Source of the DNA: the human T2T-CHM13v2.0 reference genome, Homo sapiens
Reading direction: 5' to 3' (one strand)
Length of the DNA: 64,000 nt
Assembly (NCBI RefSeq): GCF_009914755.1
Contig: NC_060927.1
Part shown: one piece after another, positions 45,998 to 64,000 of the stretch
Layout of the letters: the number at the start of each line of letters is the position of its first letter
Numbering within the stretch: position 1 is the stretch's first letter
Notes under the pieces: model-generated
Seen by the model: only the letters and a program-made list of their open reading frames with translations
What the model was told of the DNA's origin: nothing
Databases searched by the model: none
Position numbers and translations under genes: made by a program

Positions 45998-46367
45998 TTA
46001 GCATACATAAAATTCAACCTGACCAGTAATAAAAAAAGTACTATGTGACATTCAATGTATGCTTGTGGAAAGAACTGTTCAAAATTAAAATAACACCTAG
46101 TATGTTAAACAGATACTGTGAACCTCCTGATACAATGCACTGAGGGCATATCACTTCTGTGGTATTCCTGCCAAAAATGTATAACCTAAATCTATTCATG
46201 AGAAAACACTGGAAAAATCCAAACCAAGGGACATTTAATAAAACACACAGCCTAGGCTGTCTCATCCTTATGAGCAGCCTGCCCTGAATCCTCTCTCTCT
46301 CAGGGTGTACTGCCTATTCTGCACTAACTTTCAAAACATTATTTTTCTTTTGCAATAAATTATTCTA

Positions 46368-46778
<411 letters not shown>

Positions 46779-47030
46779 TTAAATATAAAATGTAATCCTG
46801 TTTGGTTCCACATCCAGCATGACACCATAAGGAGCTCTGTAAACCTCCCACCACCCTCAGTGGCCAGGTACCATGGCTCACATCTGTAATTCCAGCACTT
46901 TGCAAGGCCAAAGCGGGCTGATCCCTTGAGCTCAGGAGTTCAAGACCAGCTTAGGCAACATGGTGAAACTTTGTCTCTACAAAGACTACAAAAAATTAGC
47001 CAGGTGTGGTGGTGTGCACCTGTAGTCCTA

Positions 47031-49681
<2,651 letters not shown>

Positions 49682-50155
49682 GAAGAAACATTTATTTGAG
49701 AAAATCTAGACTTTGGTAAGAATGGTAAGAGTCAGTGGTATGCGAATCATGACCAACTGCCACCTTTCTCCATCCCGCCTAAGTGAGACAAAAATTCTAC
49801 TCCAGGCCAGTGAAGGCAAGAACACAGGCCTTTGTTTCCCTGCAACTTCCAGTTCAACGGTTATCTTCTTGGGAGGGCAGGCCATTGGCAGATCTCATCC
49901 TGCTGCCTGTTGTTGAGGCTATATTTCAGGAGGGTGCAGGCAAGAAGTGGGAGCTCCCTTCTTCCACCTAGCCCAGGGTACTAGGATGTAGGTTCTACTT
50001 TGGGTACAGGACTGCTAAAAATTATGGGGCCCAGGCCAGGTGTGTTGGCTCACACCTGTAATCCCAGTACTTTGGGAGACCGAGGTGGGTGGATCACTTG
50101 AGGTCAGGAGTTTGAGACCCAGCCTGGCCAACATGGTGAAACCGCATCTCTACTA

Positions 50156-50281
<126 letters not shown>

Positions 50282-50663
50282 CTACAGCCTGGGTGACAAA
50301 GCAAGACTCCATCTCAAAAAAAAAAAAAAAAAATTATGGGGCCCCAAATCACCTCTTCCCCAGACCATAAAGTGAAGATTCCATGTTAGTGAAATGCCAA
50401 GAAGTATGCCAAGTATGCCAAGAAGATGAGAGGCTACTGCCCCATCTCCCTCCAAAACCGGGTGCTAAGTTTCTAAAGTGGGGGTATCACTCGGAAGAGT
50501 GCCATTGTCTCCACCCACAGCTCCATAGCCATGCTCACAAACTTTGCTTGGGAATAGAAACAGGCCATAAAACAGAGCACCAAATCTCTTCCTAAATGAA
50601 CTGACTTCATTTGCAACAGAATATGGAGTTAAAGCCTCAGAGTGCTTTCAAAAAGAGTGGAAG

Positions 50664-52141
<1,478 letters not shown>

Positions 52142-52212
52142 GCAGTAGAAAGGCAACTGGGAGGAGATAAGCCAATTCATTGGAGATGTAAACTAAACTA
52201 TAGGGTGGGCTA

Positions 52213-52620
<408 letters not shown>

Positions 52621-54263
52621 TTAAGAAACAGAAAAAAATTATTAATTTAAAGACCCAAATGGAAATTCTAGAGCTAAAAAGTACAATAACTGAAAAGAAA
52701 AATTCACTAGAGGGGCTCAACAGCATACTTACACTGGCAGAACAATTAGCAAGCTTGGGGACAGACCAACAGAAATTATGCAATCCAAATAATGGAGAAA
52801 AAGCTAAAATGAAAAATGAACAGAGACTCAGAGAAATGAAGGGCACCATTAACTGCACCAAATATGTATAAAGAAAACACCAGAAGAGGAGAGACAGGAG
52901 CAGAAAAAAGTCCAGGCTTGGTGGCTCACACCTGTAATCCCAGCACTTTGGGAGGCCGAGGTGGGCGAATCACTTGAGGTCAGAAGTAAAAGACCTGCTT
53001 GGCCAACATGGTGAACCCCCGTCTCTACTAAAAATACAAAAATTAGCTGGGCGTGGTGGCATATGCCTGTAGTTCTGGGTACTTGGGAGGCTGAAGCAGA
53101 TGAGTAGCTAGGACTACAGACAGCTAGGACTACAGACACACACCACCATGCCAAGAACCCAGGAGATGGAGGTTGTAGTGAGCTGAGATCGCACCACTGC
53201 ACTCCAGCCTGGGTGACAGAGCAAGACTCTGTCTCAAAAAAAAGAAAGAAGCAGAAAAAAAAAATTTTAAGAAATAATGCCTGAATACTTTACAAATTTA
53301 TTGAAAAACATTGATCTACATGTCCAAGAAGCTAAATGAACTTCCAAGTAGGATAAACTCAAAGAGATCCACAGACAGACACATTAAGGTTAAAGTGCTG
53401 AAAGTCAAAAACAGAGAAAACCTTGAAAGCAGCAAGATGAAAATAACTCATCAGAAGGCAACACCAATAACATTCACAGCTAACATCTCCTCATAAACAA
53501 TGGAGGCTAGAAGGCAGAAGGATAACATTTGAAGTGCTCCAAAAAACTGTCAAACAAGAATTCCATATCTAGCAAATCTATCATTCAAAAATAAAAGTGA
53601 AATAAGGAAATTCCCAGATAAACAAAAGCAGAGAATGTGTGGCTAGCAGACCCACATTACAGGAAAACGAAGTGAAGTTCATCAAGCTAAAAGGATGAGA
53701 CCCTACACAATAACTCAAAGCAATGTGAAAACACAAGAGTGCTGGTAAAGGTAATTATAAAACACAATACAAACACATTTTGCCTCTCCTTAACTAATCT
53801 GAAAAGCTACTGTATGAAACAATACTATAGAAGATGGCAGAGTAAGAAGCATCAGGAATTCATCTCCTCACTCAAGCAAAAATTGTATCTCTTCACTCAA
53901 CCAGAAATTGTACTGACAGAATCTCTTTTACGTAACTATTTAAAAACTCTGGATTCTCTTGAAGGCTGGAAACATCTGGCGGAAGTCTTAGAAGCTAAAT
54001 TGTGGTTCACTTCAGCCCCAAGCACTCTGCACCCAGTGGAGACAGTCATGCTGTTCCTGAAGCAGCTTGCATGCTGCTTGCAAGAACCAGGGTAGGCAAT
54101 AAGAAACCAGTCCTCCAAGTATCAGGGATCTCTGTACTGATAGCTGATTGCTGCTTCTGATCACTGAAGTACAGATATAGAAGCAGGAAACCAATGTTGC
54201 AACCATCACTGACACTGTTGCAAACCTCCCTCCCTCTAGCTGAAGTGACTTCCTGGGGATTTA

Positions 54264-54491
<228 letters not shown>

Positions 54492-54494
54492 TTA

Positions 54495-54671
<177 letters not shown>

Positions 54672-54775
54672 TTACAGGGGAATTTGGAAAGTTACCATGC
54701 ATGTACATGCCCAGGGGAAAACACAGATTCAGACATGAGAAGGACCTTAAGTTTATACCTGTGACTAATCCCTGG

Positions 54776-55351
54776 TGATAGTGACAGGAGGTGGCCAAAT
54801 ACCTAGGCAGATGGGGCAGGTTCCCAGTGAAACCCCACCTTCAAGCCAAATCAGTCCGAAGGCTGAAAGACCAGACTGCTGGTCCTGGATGAAACCTGTG
54901 ATCCAGAGTGGGAACTTCTGTTCCTCTTTGCTCGCCCTTTCCCAATTGATACTTTCTGAATAATGCCTTTTAACCAATCGAATGTTGCCTTTTCTAATAC
55001 TACCTACAGCCTACCCCTCCCTTATTCTGAGCCCATAAAAAGCCCTGGACTCAGCCATATTAGGGGGACTTCCCCACCTTAAGGTAGGGGGACCACCCTC
55101 GCATCCCCTCTCTGCTGATAGCTGTTTCATCACTCAATAAAATTCTTCTCCACCCTCCTCACCCTTCAACATCCAGCGTATCCTTATTCTTCTTGGGCAA
55201 GGTCCGAGAGCTCAGAAACTGCTGAACGTGGGTACAAGCTATAACACAAGTGAGCTGGGGCACACCAGCATGGCTGAGCGAGGCCTGGGTGGGGCATGGC
55301 CAGCCAGAGGTCCCTGGCTTGCAAAGTGACTGAGAAGTAAATCCTACATCA
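54776..55351 (+). mobile_element. ERV1 solo LTR (LTR27/28-like), 576 bp, TSD CTGG
   Basis: TGATAGTGACAGGAGG...aatcctacatCA, TSD at 54772-54775 / 55352-55355, internal cataaaa and caataaa. Confidence 0.8.
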
Positions 55352-55971
55352 CTGGCATGGAGGACCCCTAAATTATCACATGATAAAAACTCAAATGTCC
55401 AGTTTGAAAACAAAAACAAAAAACCACAAGACATAAAAAATAAGTATGGACCATTCAAAGGAAAAAAACAAAAGAAATCAATAGAAATTGTCCCTAAGAT
55501 CAGATGGCAGACTTATTAGAAAATGATGTGGCCGGGCACGGTGACTCACGCCTGTAATTACAGGACTCTGGGAGGCTGAGGCAGGCAGATTGCTTGAGGC
55601 CAGGAGTTTGAGAGTGGCCTGGGTAACATGGCGAAACCCCGTCTCTACAAAATGTACAAAAAAAATAGCTGGGTGTGGTGGCATGCTCCTACAGTCCTGG
55701 CAACCTGGGAGGCTGAGGTGGGAGGATGACCTGAGCCCAGGCTGCAGTGAGCCATGACTATTCCATTGCCCTCTAGCCTGAGCGACAGAGCGAGACTCTG
55801 TCTCAGAAAAAGAAAGTTATGTAATTATGTGGCCAGGCATGGTGGCTCACACCTGAAATCTAAGTACTTTGGGAAGTCAAGGCAGGAGGATTAGTTGAGA
55901 CCAGGTGTTTGAGACCAGCCTGGGCAACATAATGAGACCCTGTCTCTACAAAAAAATTTTAAAATTAGCTA

Positions 55972-56103
<132 letters not shown>

Positions 56104-57138
56104 TCAAAATAAAATAAAATGATGTATAAATAAAACAAATATCAGTAAAGAGAAAGACATAAAAAGAAAAAAAGAATTTTTTTTTTGAGATGGAGTCTTG
56201 CTCCATCACCCAGGCTGAAGGGCAGTAGAACCTGTGACCTCCATCTCCCGGGTTCAAGCGATTCTCGTGTCTCAGCCTCCTGAGTAGCTGGAATTACAGG
56301 TGCATGCCACCGTGCCTAATTGTTGTACTTTTAGTGTAGACGGGGTTTTACCATGTTGGTCAGGCTGGTCGAACTCCTGACCTTAAGTCATCTGCCTGGC
56401 TCAGCCTCCCAAAGTGCTGGGATTACAGGCATGAGCCACCATGCCCGGTCTGAAAAAAAGAAATTCTGAAGATGAAAAGTACAATAACTGCAATGAAAAA
56501 GCAGATCTGAGCAAGGACAAGAAAGAAATAGTGAACTTGAAGATAGGATAATTAAAAGTATCAAGTCTGAAGAACAGGAAGAAAAAAGACTACAGAAAGT
56601 GAACAGAGCTTAAAGGACCTATAGAACACCATCAAGCAGCCCAACGTAAGCAATGTGGGAGTCCCAGAGAAAGAGGAGAGAGAGGGGATCAGATAAATGA
56701 TCTGAAGAAATAATAGCTGAAAAATTCACAAGTTTGATGAAAGACAAATATTTAAAAGACAAAATAAATATAAACATCCAAGAGGCTCAACAAACTCCAA
56801 GTAGGATGAACTCAAGAGTCTACACTGAAATACATTATAATCAAACTGTAAAAAGACACAGCCAGGCTTAGTGGCTCACACCTGCTATCCTAGCATTTTG
56901 GGAGGCCACGGCGGGTGGATCACTTGAGGTCAGGAGTTCAAGACCAACCTGGATGACATGGTGAAACCCTGTCTCTACTAAAAATACTAAAATTAGCCCC
57001 ATGTGATGCCACATGCCTGTGATCCCAGCTACACAGGAGGCTGAGTCACAAAAATTGCTTGAACCCGGGAGACAGAGGTTGCAGTGAGCCAAGATGGCGC
57101 CACCGCACTCCACCCTGGGGACAGTGAGACTTTGTCTT

Positions 57139-57141
<3 letters not shown>

Positions 57142-57172
<31 letters not shown>
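57142..57172. repeat. (CA)n microsatellite at an Alu tail
   Basis: Directly visible. Confidence 0.9.
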
Positions 57173-57175
<3 letters not shown>

Positions 57176-58201
57176 CTGTCAAAAGACAAAGACAAAGAGA
57201 GAATCCTGAAAACAGCATGAGAGAAGCAACTTATCACATACAAAGGATAAGATTACCAACGGGTTTTTTCATCAGGAACTGTGGAGGCCAGAAAGCAGTG
57301 GGCTAATATATTCAAAATGCTAAAAGAAAAAATACCAAGAATACTGTATCTGGCAAAAATGCCCTTCAAAAGTGAGGGAGAAATCAAGACATTTCCAGAT
57401 AAATCTGATTAACACTAGATCTTCCCTATCAGAAATATTCAAGGGAATTCTGTGGGTTGAAATTATGACAATAAATAACTTGAAGCTTTATGAAGAAAGA
57501 AAAATCTCTAAAAACAGTCAGATTAATCAAATTAATAGGAACAGACAGGAGAATGGTGTTTACCAGAGGCGAAGGGTGGGGAGAATGGGCAGGTGTTGGT
57601 CAAAGGGTACAAGGTTCAGTTATACAGCAGGAGTTAAGTATTTTGAGATACATTGCACAACATGGTGACTACATTTAATAATAATGTATTACATATTTCA
57701 AAATTGCTAAGAGAATTTCAAATGTCCTCATCACAAGAAAATGATAAATACTTGAGGTGACAGATATGTTGATTAGCTTGATTTAATCAAAACACATTGT
57801 ATACATATATCAGAACATCACATTGTACTCTATAAATATGTACAATTATGATTTGTTGATTAACAATAAAAAATATATTTGTAAAAGAAATACCTTTGGT
57901 AAAGATAAACAGATGGGCAACTATAAAAGCTAGTATTATTGTAACAATTATTTGTAATTTCTTTTTTTTGTTTTCTACAAGATTTAAGAGGCTAATACAT
58001 TACAAAACAATTAGACTAAAAGCTAATATTACTGTAACTTTGGTTTGCAATTTCACGTTTTGTTTTCCATATAATTTAAGAGACTAATGCATTTTAAAAA
58101 CCAATTTTTAGATCCTGTTTTTAAACATATAATGTACAGGCCGGGCGCTGCGGCTCACGCCTGTAATCCCAGCACTTTGGGAGGCTGAGGCGGGTGGATC
58201 A

Positions 58202-58489
<288 letters not shown>

Positions 58490-59288
58490 CTAGAAGGATT
58501 TGGGGCAGAGCTGTTAAAAGGGTAGAGTTTTTGTATGTTATTGAAGTTAAGCTGGCATAAATTCAAACTAGAGTATTATAATTTTAGGACATTAAATATA
58601 ATCTCCATGGTAACCACAGAGAAAACAGTTACAGGACATGTTACATATTATGTTAAAATTTTTCACTACAAAAAAAATCAACTAAACACAAAAGAAGACA
58701 GTAATGCAGGAAATAAGCAATTAAAAAACTATAATGCATACAGAACATAAATTAGTAAAATAACATAAGTCCCTCCTTATCAATAATTACTTTAAATGTA
58801 AATGGATTAAACTCTCCAAAGATAGAAATTGGCAGAATGGATTTAAAAAAACCCAGAATCCACCTATATGCTATCTATAAGAGACTCTATATCTAAAGAC
58901 ACAAAAAAATTGCAATTAAAAATTTTGAAAAAAATATTCCACATAAATTGTAACCAAAGGAGATTAGGGATGGCCTTACAAATATCAGACAAAATGTCTT
59001 TAAATTAAAAAAAGGTTACAAGAGACAAAAAAGGAGACATATACAGCAAGAAGATTAGAACAATTATTAACATTTATGCACCTAAATGTACAAATGAGGA
59101 TATTGATGGTTTGTTTTTAGGTGTAAAAAACAAACCATGACTAATAGTTGCAGACTTCAATACCCCACTCTCAATAATGGATAGAACAACCTGGCAGAAG
59201 ATAATTAAGAAAATAGAGGACTTGGGGCTGGGCGCAGTGGCTCACGCCTATAATCCCAGCACTTTAGGAGGCTGAGGCAGGTGAATCA

Positions 59289-59602
<314 letters not shown>

Positions 59603-59903
59603 TCAGGAGTTCAAGACCTGCCTGGCCAAGATGGTGAAACCCCGTCTCTACTAAAAATACAAAAATTATCTGGGCGTGGTGGCAGGTGCCTGTAGTCCCA
59701 GCTACTCGAAGGCTGAGGCAGAGAACTGCTTGTACCTGGGAGGCGGAGGTTGCAGTGAGCTGAGATGGCGCCATTGCACTCCAGCCTGGGTGACAGAGCG
59801 AGACTCCGTCTCAAATAAATAAATAAGAGGACTTGAACAATGCAGTAAACCAACTAGATCTAACAGGCATCTAAAACTTTTTTTTTTTTTTTTTTTTTCC
59901 TGA

Positions 59904-60178
<275 letters not shown>

Positions 60179-61252
60179 TGACCTACATCTAAAATTCTTT
60201 ACCTAACAACAGAATATGCATTCTTCTCAAGTGCACATGGGTCATTCTCCAGGACAGACCATACTATAGACCACAAATTGTCTCAATAGATTTTAAAGAA
60301 AAGATAGCACACAGAATATCTTCTCCAACCACAGTGGGATGAAGTTAGAAATCAGTAACAAGGAAAACTAAAATTCCCAAATTTGTGGGAACCAAATAAC
60401 ACTTTTTGTTTTTGAGATGGAGTCACCCAGGCTGGAGTGTGGTAGTGTGACCTCGGCTCACTCCGACCTCCACCTCCCAGGTTCAAGCAATTCCGCCTCA
60501 GCCTCTTGAGTAGCTGGGATCACAGGTGCCCAACACCACAACTGGCTAATTTTTGTATTTTTAGTAGAGACAGGGTTTCACAGGTTGGACGGGCTGGTGT
60601 GAACTCCTGACCTCAAGTGATCCACCCACTTCGGCCTCCCGAAGTGCTGGGATTACAGGCATAAGCCACTGTGCCCAGTCTAAATAACACACTCTTAAAT
60701 CACCAATGGATCAAAGAAGAAATCAAAAGGAAAATTAGAAAATACTTAGAGACAAATGAAAATAAAAAACAATATACTGAAACTTTTGGAATTCAGCAAA
60801 AGCAGTGCTAAGGGGGGAATTTATAGCTGTAAACACTTACATTAAAAAAGAAAGATCTTGGGCTGGGCACAATGGCCAATGACTGTAATCTCAGCACTTT
60901 GGGAGACATAGATGAGAGGATTGCATGAGGTCAGGAGTTCCAGACCAGCCTGGGCAATATAGACAGACCTTGTTTCTACAAAAAATTTAAAAAATTAAGG
61001 TGCCAGGCATGGTAGCTCACACCTGTAACCCCAGTACTTTAGGAGGCTTACACAGGCGGATCACTTGAGCCCAAGGGTTCAAGACCAGCCTAGGGAACAC
61101 AGTGAAAGCCCATCTCTACAAAAAGTACAAAAATAATTAGCTGCACGTGGTGCCCCACACCTGTAGTCCCAGCTATTCTAGAGGCTGAGGTGGGAGGATC
61201 ACTTGAGCCTTAGAGGTAGAGGTTACAGAGAGCCAAAACTGCGCCACTGCAC

Positions 61253-62274
61253 TGTTGCAGGAAGTCAGGGACTCTGAACAGAGGGACTGACTGGAGCCAT
61301 GGCAGAGGAACATAAATTGTGAAGATTTCATGGACATTTATCAGTTCCCAAATAATACTTTTATAATTTCTTACCCCTGTTTTACTTTAATCTCTTAATC
61401 CTGTTATCTTCATAAGATGAGGATGTACGTCACCTCAGGACTACCATGATAATTGTGTTAACTGTACAAATTGATTGTAAAACATGTGTGTTTGAACAAT
61501 ATGAAGTCAGTGCACCTTGAAAAAGAACAGAATAACAGCGATTTTCAGGGAACAAGGGAAGACAACCATAAGGTCTGACTGCCTGAGGGGTCGGGCAAAA
61601 TAGAGCCATATTTTTCTTCTTGCAGAGAGCCTATAAACAGACATGCAAGTAGGGAAGATATCACTAAATTCTTTTCCTAGCAAGGAATATTAATAATTAA
61701 TACCCTGGGGAAGGAATGCATCCCTGGGGGGAGGTCTATAAACGGCTGCTCTGGGAGTGTCTGTCTTATGTGGTTGAGATAAGGACTGAAATATGCCCTG
61801 GTCTCCTGCAGTACCCTCAGGCTTGTTAGGGTGGGGAAAAAACTCCACCCTGGTAAATTTGTGGTCAGACCGGTTCTCTGCTCTCGAACTGTGATTTCTG
61901 TTGTTTAAGATGTTTATCAAGACAATATGTGCACAGCTGAACATAGACCCTTATCAGTAGTTCTGATTTTGCCTTTGTCCTGTTTCCTCAGAAGCATGTG
62001 ATATTTGTTCTGCCTTTTGCCCTTTGAAGCATGTGATCTTTGTGACCTACTCCCTGCTTGTACACCCCCTCCCCTTTTGAAATCCTTAATAAAAACTTGC
62101 TGGTTTTAAGGCTCAGGTGGGCATCACGGTCCTACTGATATGTGATGTCACCCCCAGAGGCCCAGTACAAAAATTCCTCTCTTTGTACTCTTTCTCTTTA
62201 TTTCTCAGCTGGCCGACATTTATGGAAAATAGAAAGAACCTACGTTGAAATATTGGGGGTGGGTTCCCCCAATA
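61253..62274 (+). mobile_element. MER11 (HERV-K11/HML-8) solo LTR inserted inside an Alu, TSD CTGCAC
   Basis: tgttgcaggaagtcagggac...ggttcccccaata; 6-bp TSD at 61247-61252 / 62275-62280; the Alu right arm resumes at ctgcactccagcc. Confidence 0.9.
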
Positions 62275-62323
62275 CTGCACTCCAGCCTGGGGGATGGAGC
62301 GAAAGCCTGTTTCAAATATTTTA

Positions 62324-62640
<317 letters not shown>

Positions 62641-62809
62641 TCACTTGACTAGCCAAAAAAAAAAAAAAGACTCAAATTACCAAAATAAGAAATTAAAATG
62701 GATACATTACTACCAGCTCTACAGAAATAAAAAGAATTGGGTGGGCATGGTGGCTCATGCCTGTAATCCCAACACTTTGGGAAGCCGAGGTAGGTGGATC
62801 ACGAGGTCA

Positions 62810-63055
<246 letters not shown>

Positions 63056-64000
63056 CTATGAACAATTGTATGCCAACAAGTTGCATAAACCTAGATGAAA
63101 TGGACACATTCCTAGAAACATAAAACCTACTGAGACTGAATCACAAAGAAATAGAAAATCTGAATAGACCCATAACTAGTGTAAGGAGAATGAATCAATC
63201 ATCAACAAACTCCCAAAAAGGAAAGTTCCTAGACCTGATGGCTTTGCTGGTGATTCTACCACACTTTGGAGAGGAAATGATGCCAATCCTTCTCAAACTT
63301 TTCCAGAGAGTTGAGGAGGAAGGGGTAATTCCTGGTTCATTTTATGAGGCTGACGACAATGCCCTGGTGCTGGGGCCAGACAGGGACACTACAGGAAAAG
63401 AGAAATGCATATGAATATCCCTTATGAACATTCATTCGAAAATCTTTAACAAAATCCAGATGATTAAAGTATTTTTTCACCTCTGTTCATGAGAGATATT
63501 GATCTGATATTTTTTCACGTAGTGTCCTTGTTGAGTCTTGATGTCAGAGTTGTGCTGGTTTTGTGGATAAGGTGGGAAGTATCCCCTCTTAAAGTATTCT
63601 GGAAGACTTTATGCAGGATTGGTGTTCTTTCTTTCTTAGATGGTTGGAAGAATTCACCAGTAAAGCATCTGAGCATGGAGCTTTCTTTGTGGGCCAGTTT
63701 AACATTTTATGTCTCAGCTTTGTGCAAATGCTTAGGATAGTCAAACTCAGAGAGACAGAAAGTAGATGGGTGGTTGCCAGGGGCTGGTGGGGGCAGGAAA
63801 TGGGGAACTATTGTTAAATGGGTGTAGAGTTTCAGTTTTGCAACATGAAAAAAGTTCTGATGATAGATGGTGGTGAATGTTGTACAACAATGTGAATGTA
63901 CTTAATACCACTGAACTGTATGCTTTAAAATGGCTAAAATGGTATATTTTATCTCCATTTTATTACAATTTAAAAAAATGTATATATTGTTGAGCCTATA

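Noticed and set aside
63220-63455. APOBEC3 editing or transcription-coupled asymmetry as the cause of the substitution cluster
   Set aside because: APOBEC3 gives G>A on the element sense strand, the opposite direction. NEK4-coupled A>G would appear as T>C on the plus strand and would not be this local. GC-biased gene conversion is not excluded.

Overview
Human (primate) genomic DNA, recognised from the encoded proteins as the chr3p21.1 cluster. Five genes alternate in orientation with almost no intergenic space: PBRM1 (5' part, minus), GNL3/nucleostemin (complete, plus, 15 coding exons, 549 aa), GLT8D1 (complete, minus, 371 aa), SPCS1 (complete, plus, 102/169 aa) and NEK4 (last exon, 3'UTR and last intron, minus). 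There are two bidirectional CpG-island promoters and two tail-to-tail 3' junctions. GNL3 introns 5-9 each host a box C/D snoRNA: four SNORD19-family paralogues and SNORD69. The rest is about 60 Alus, fragmented old L1s, several LTRs and DNA-transposon relics. Most notable unexplained signals: (1) a rearranged L1 at 63.2-63.7 kb whose fold-back arms carry clustered plus-strand A>G changes, resembling a fossil of ADAR hyper-editing fixed by retrotransposition; (2) a roughly 24-bp complementarity between GNL3 introns 10 and 12 that competes with a local stem; (3) an upstream PBRM1 coding exon with tandem donors meeting a triple NAG acceptor; (4) a templated duplication ending in a perfect 26-bp hairpin; (5) a guide core shared by SNORD19 and SNORD69. 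Exon coordinates were derived by hand and the CDS lengths sum correctly. Repeat subfamily names, snoRNA names and targets, and SNP identities are from memory and need database confirmation.
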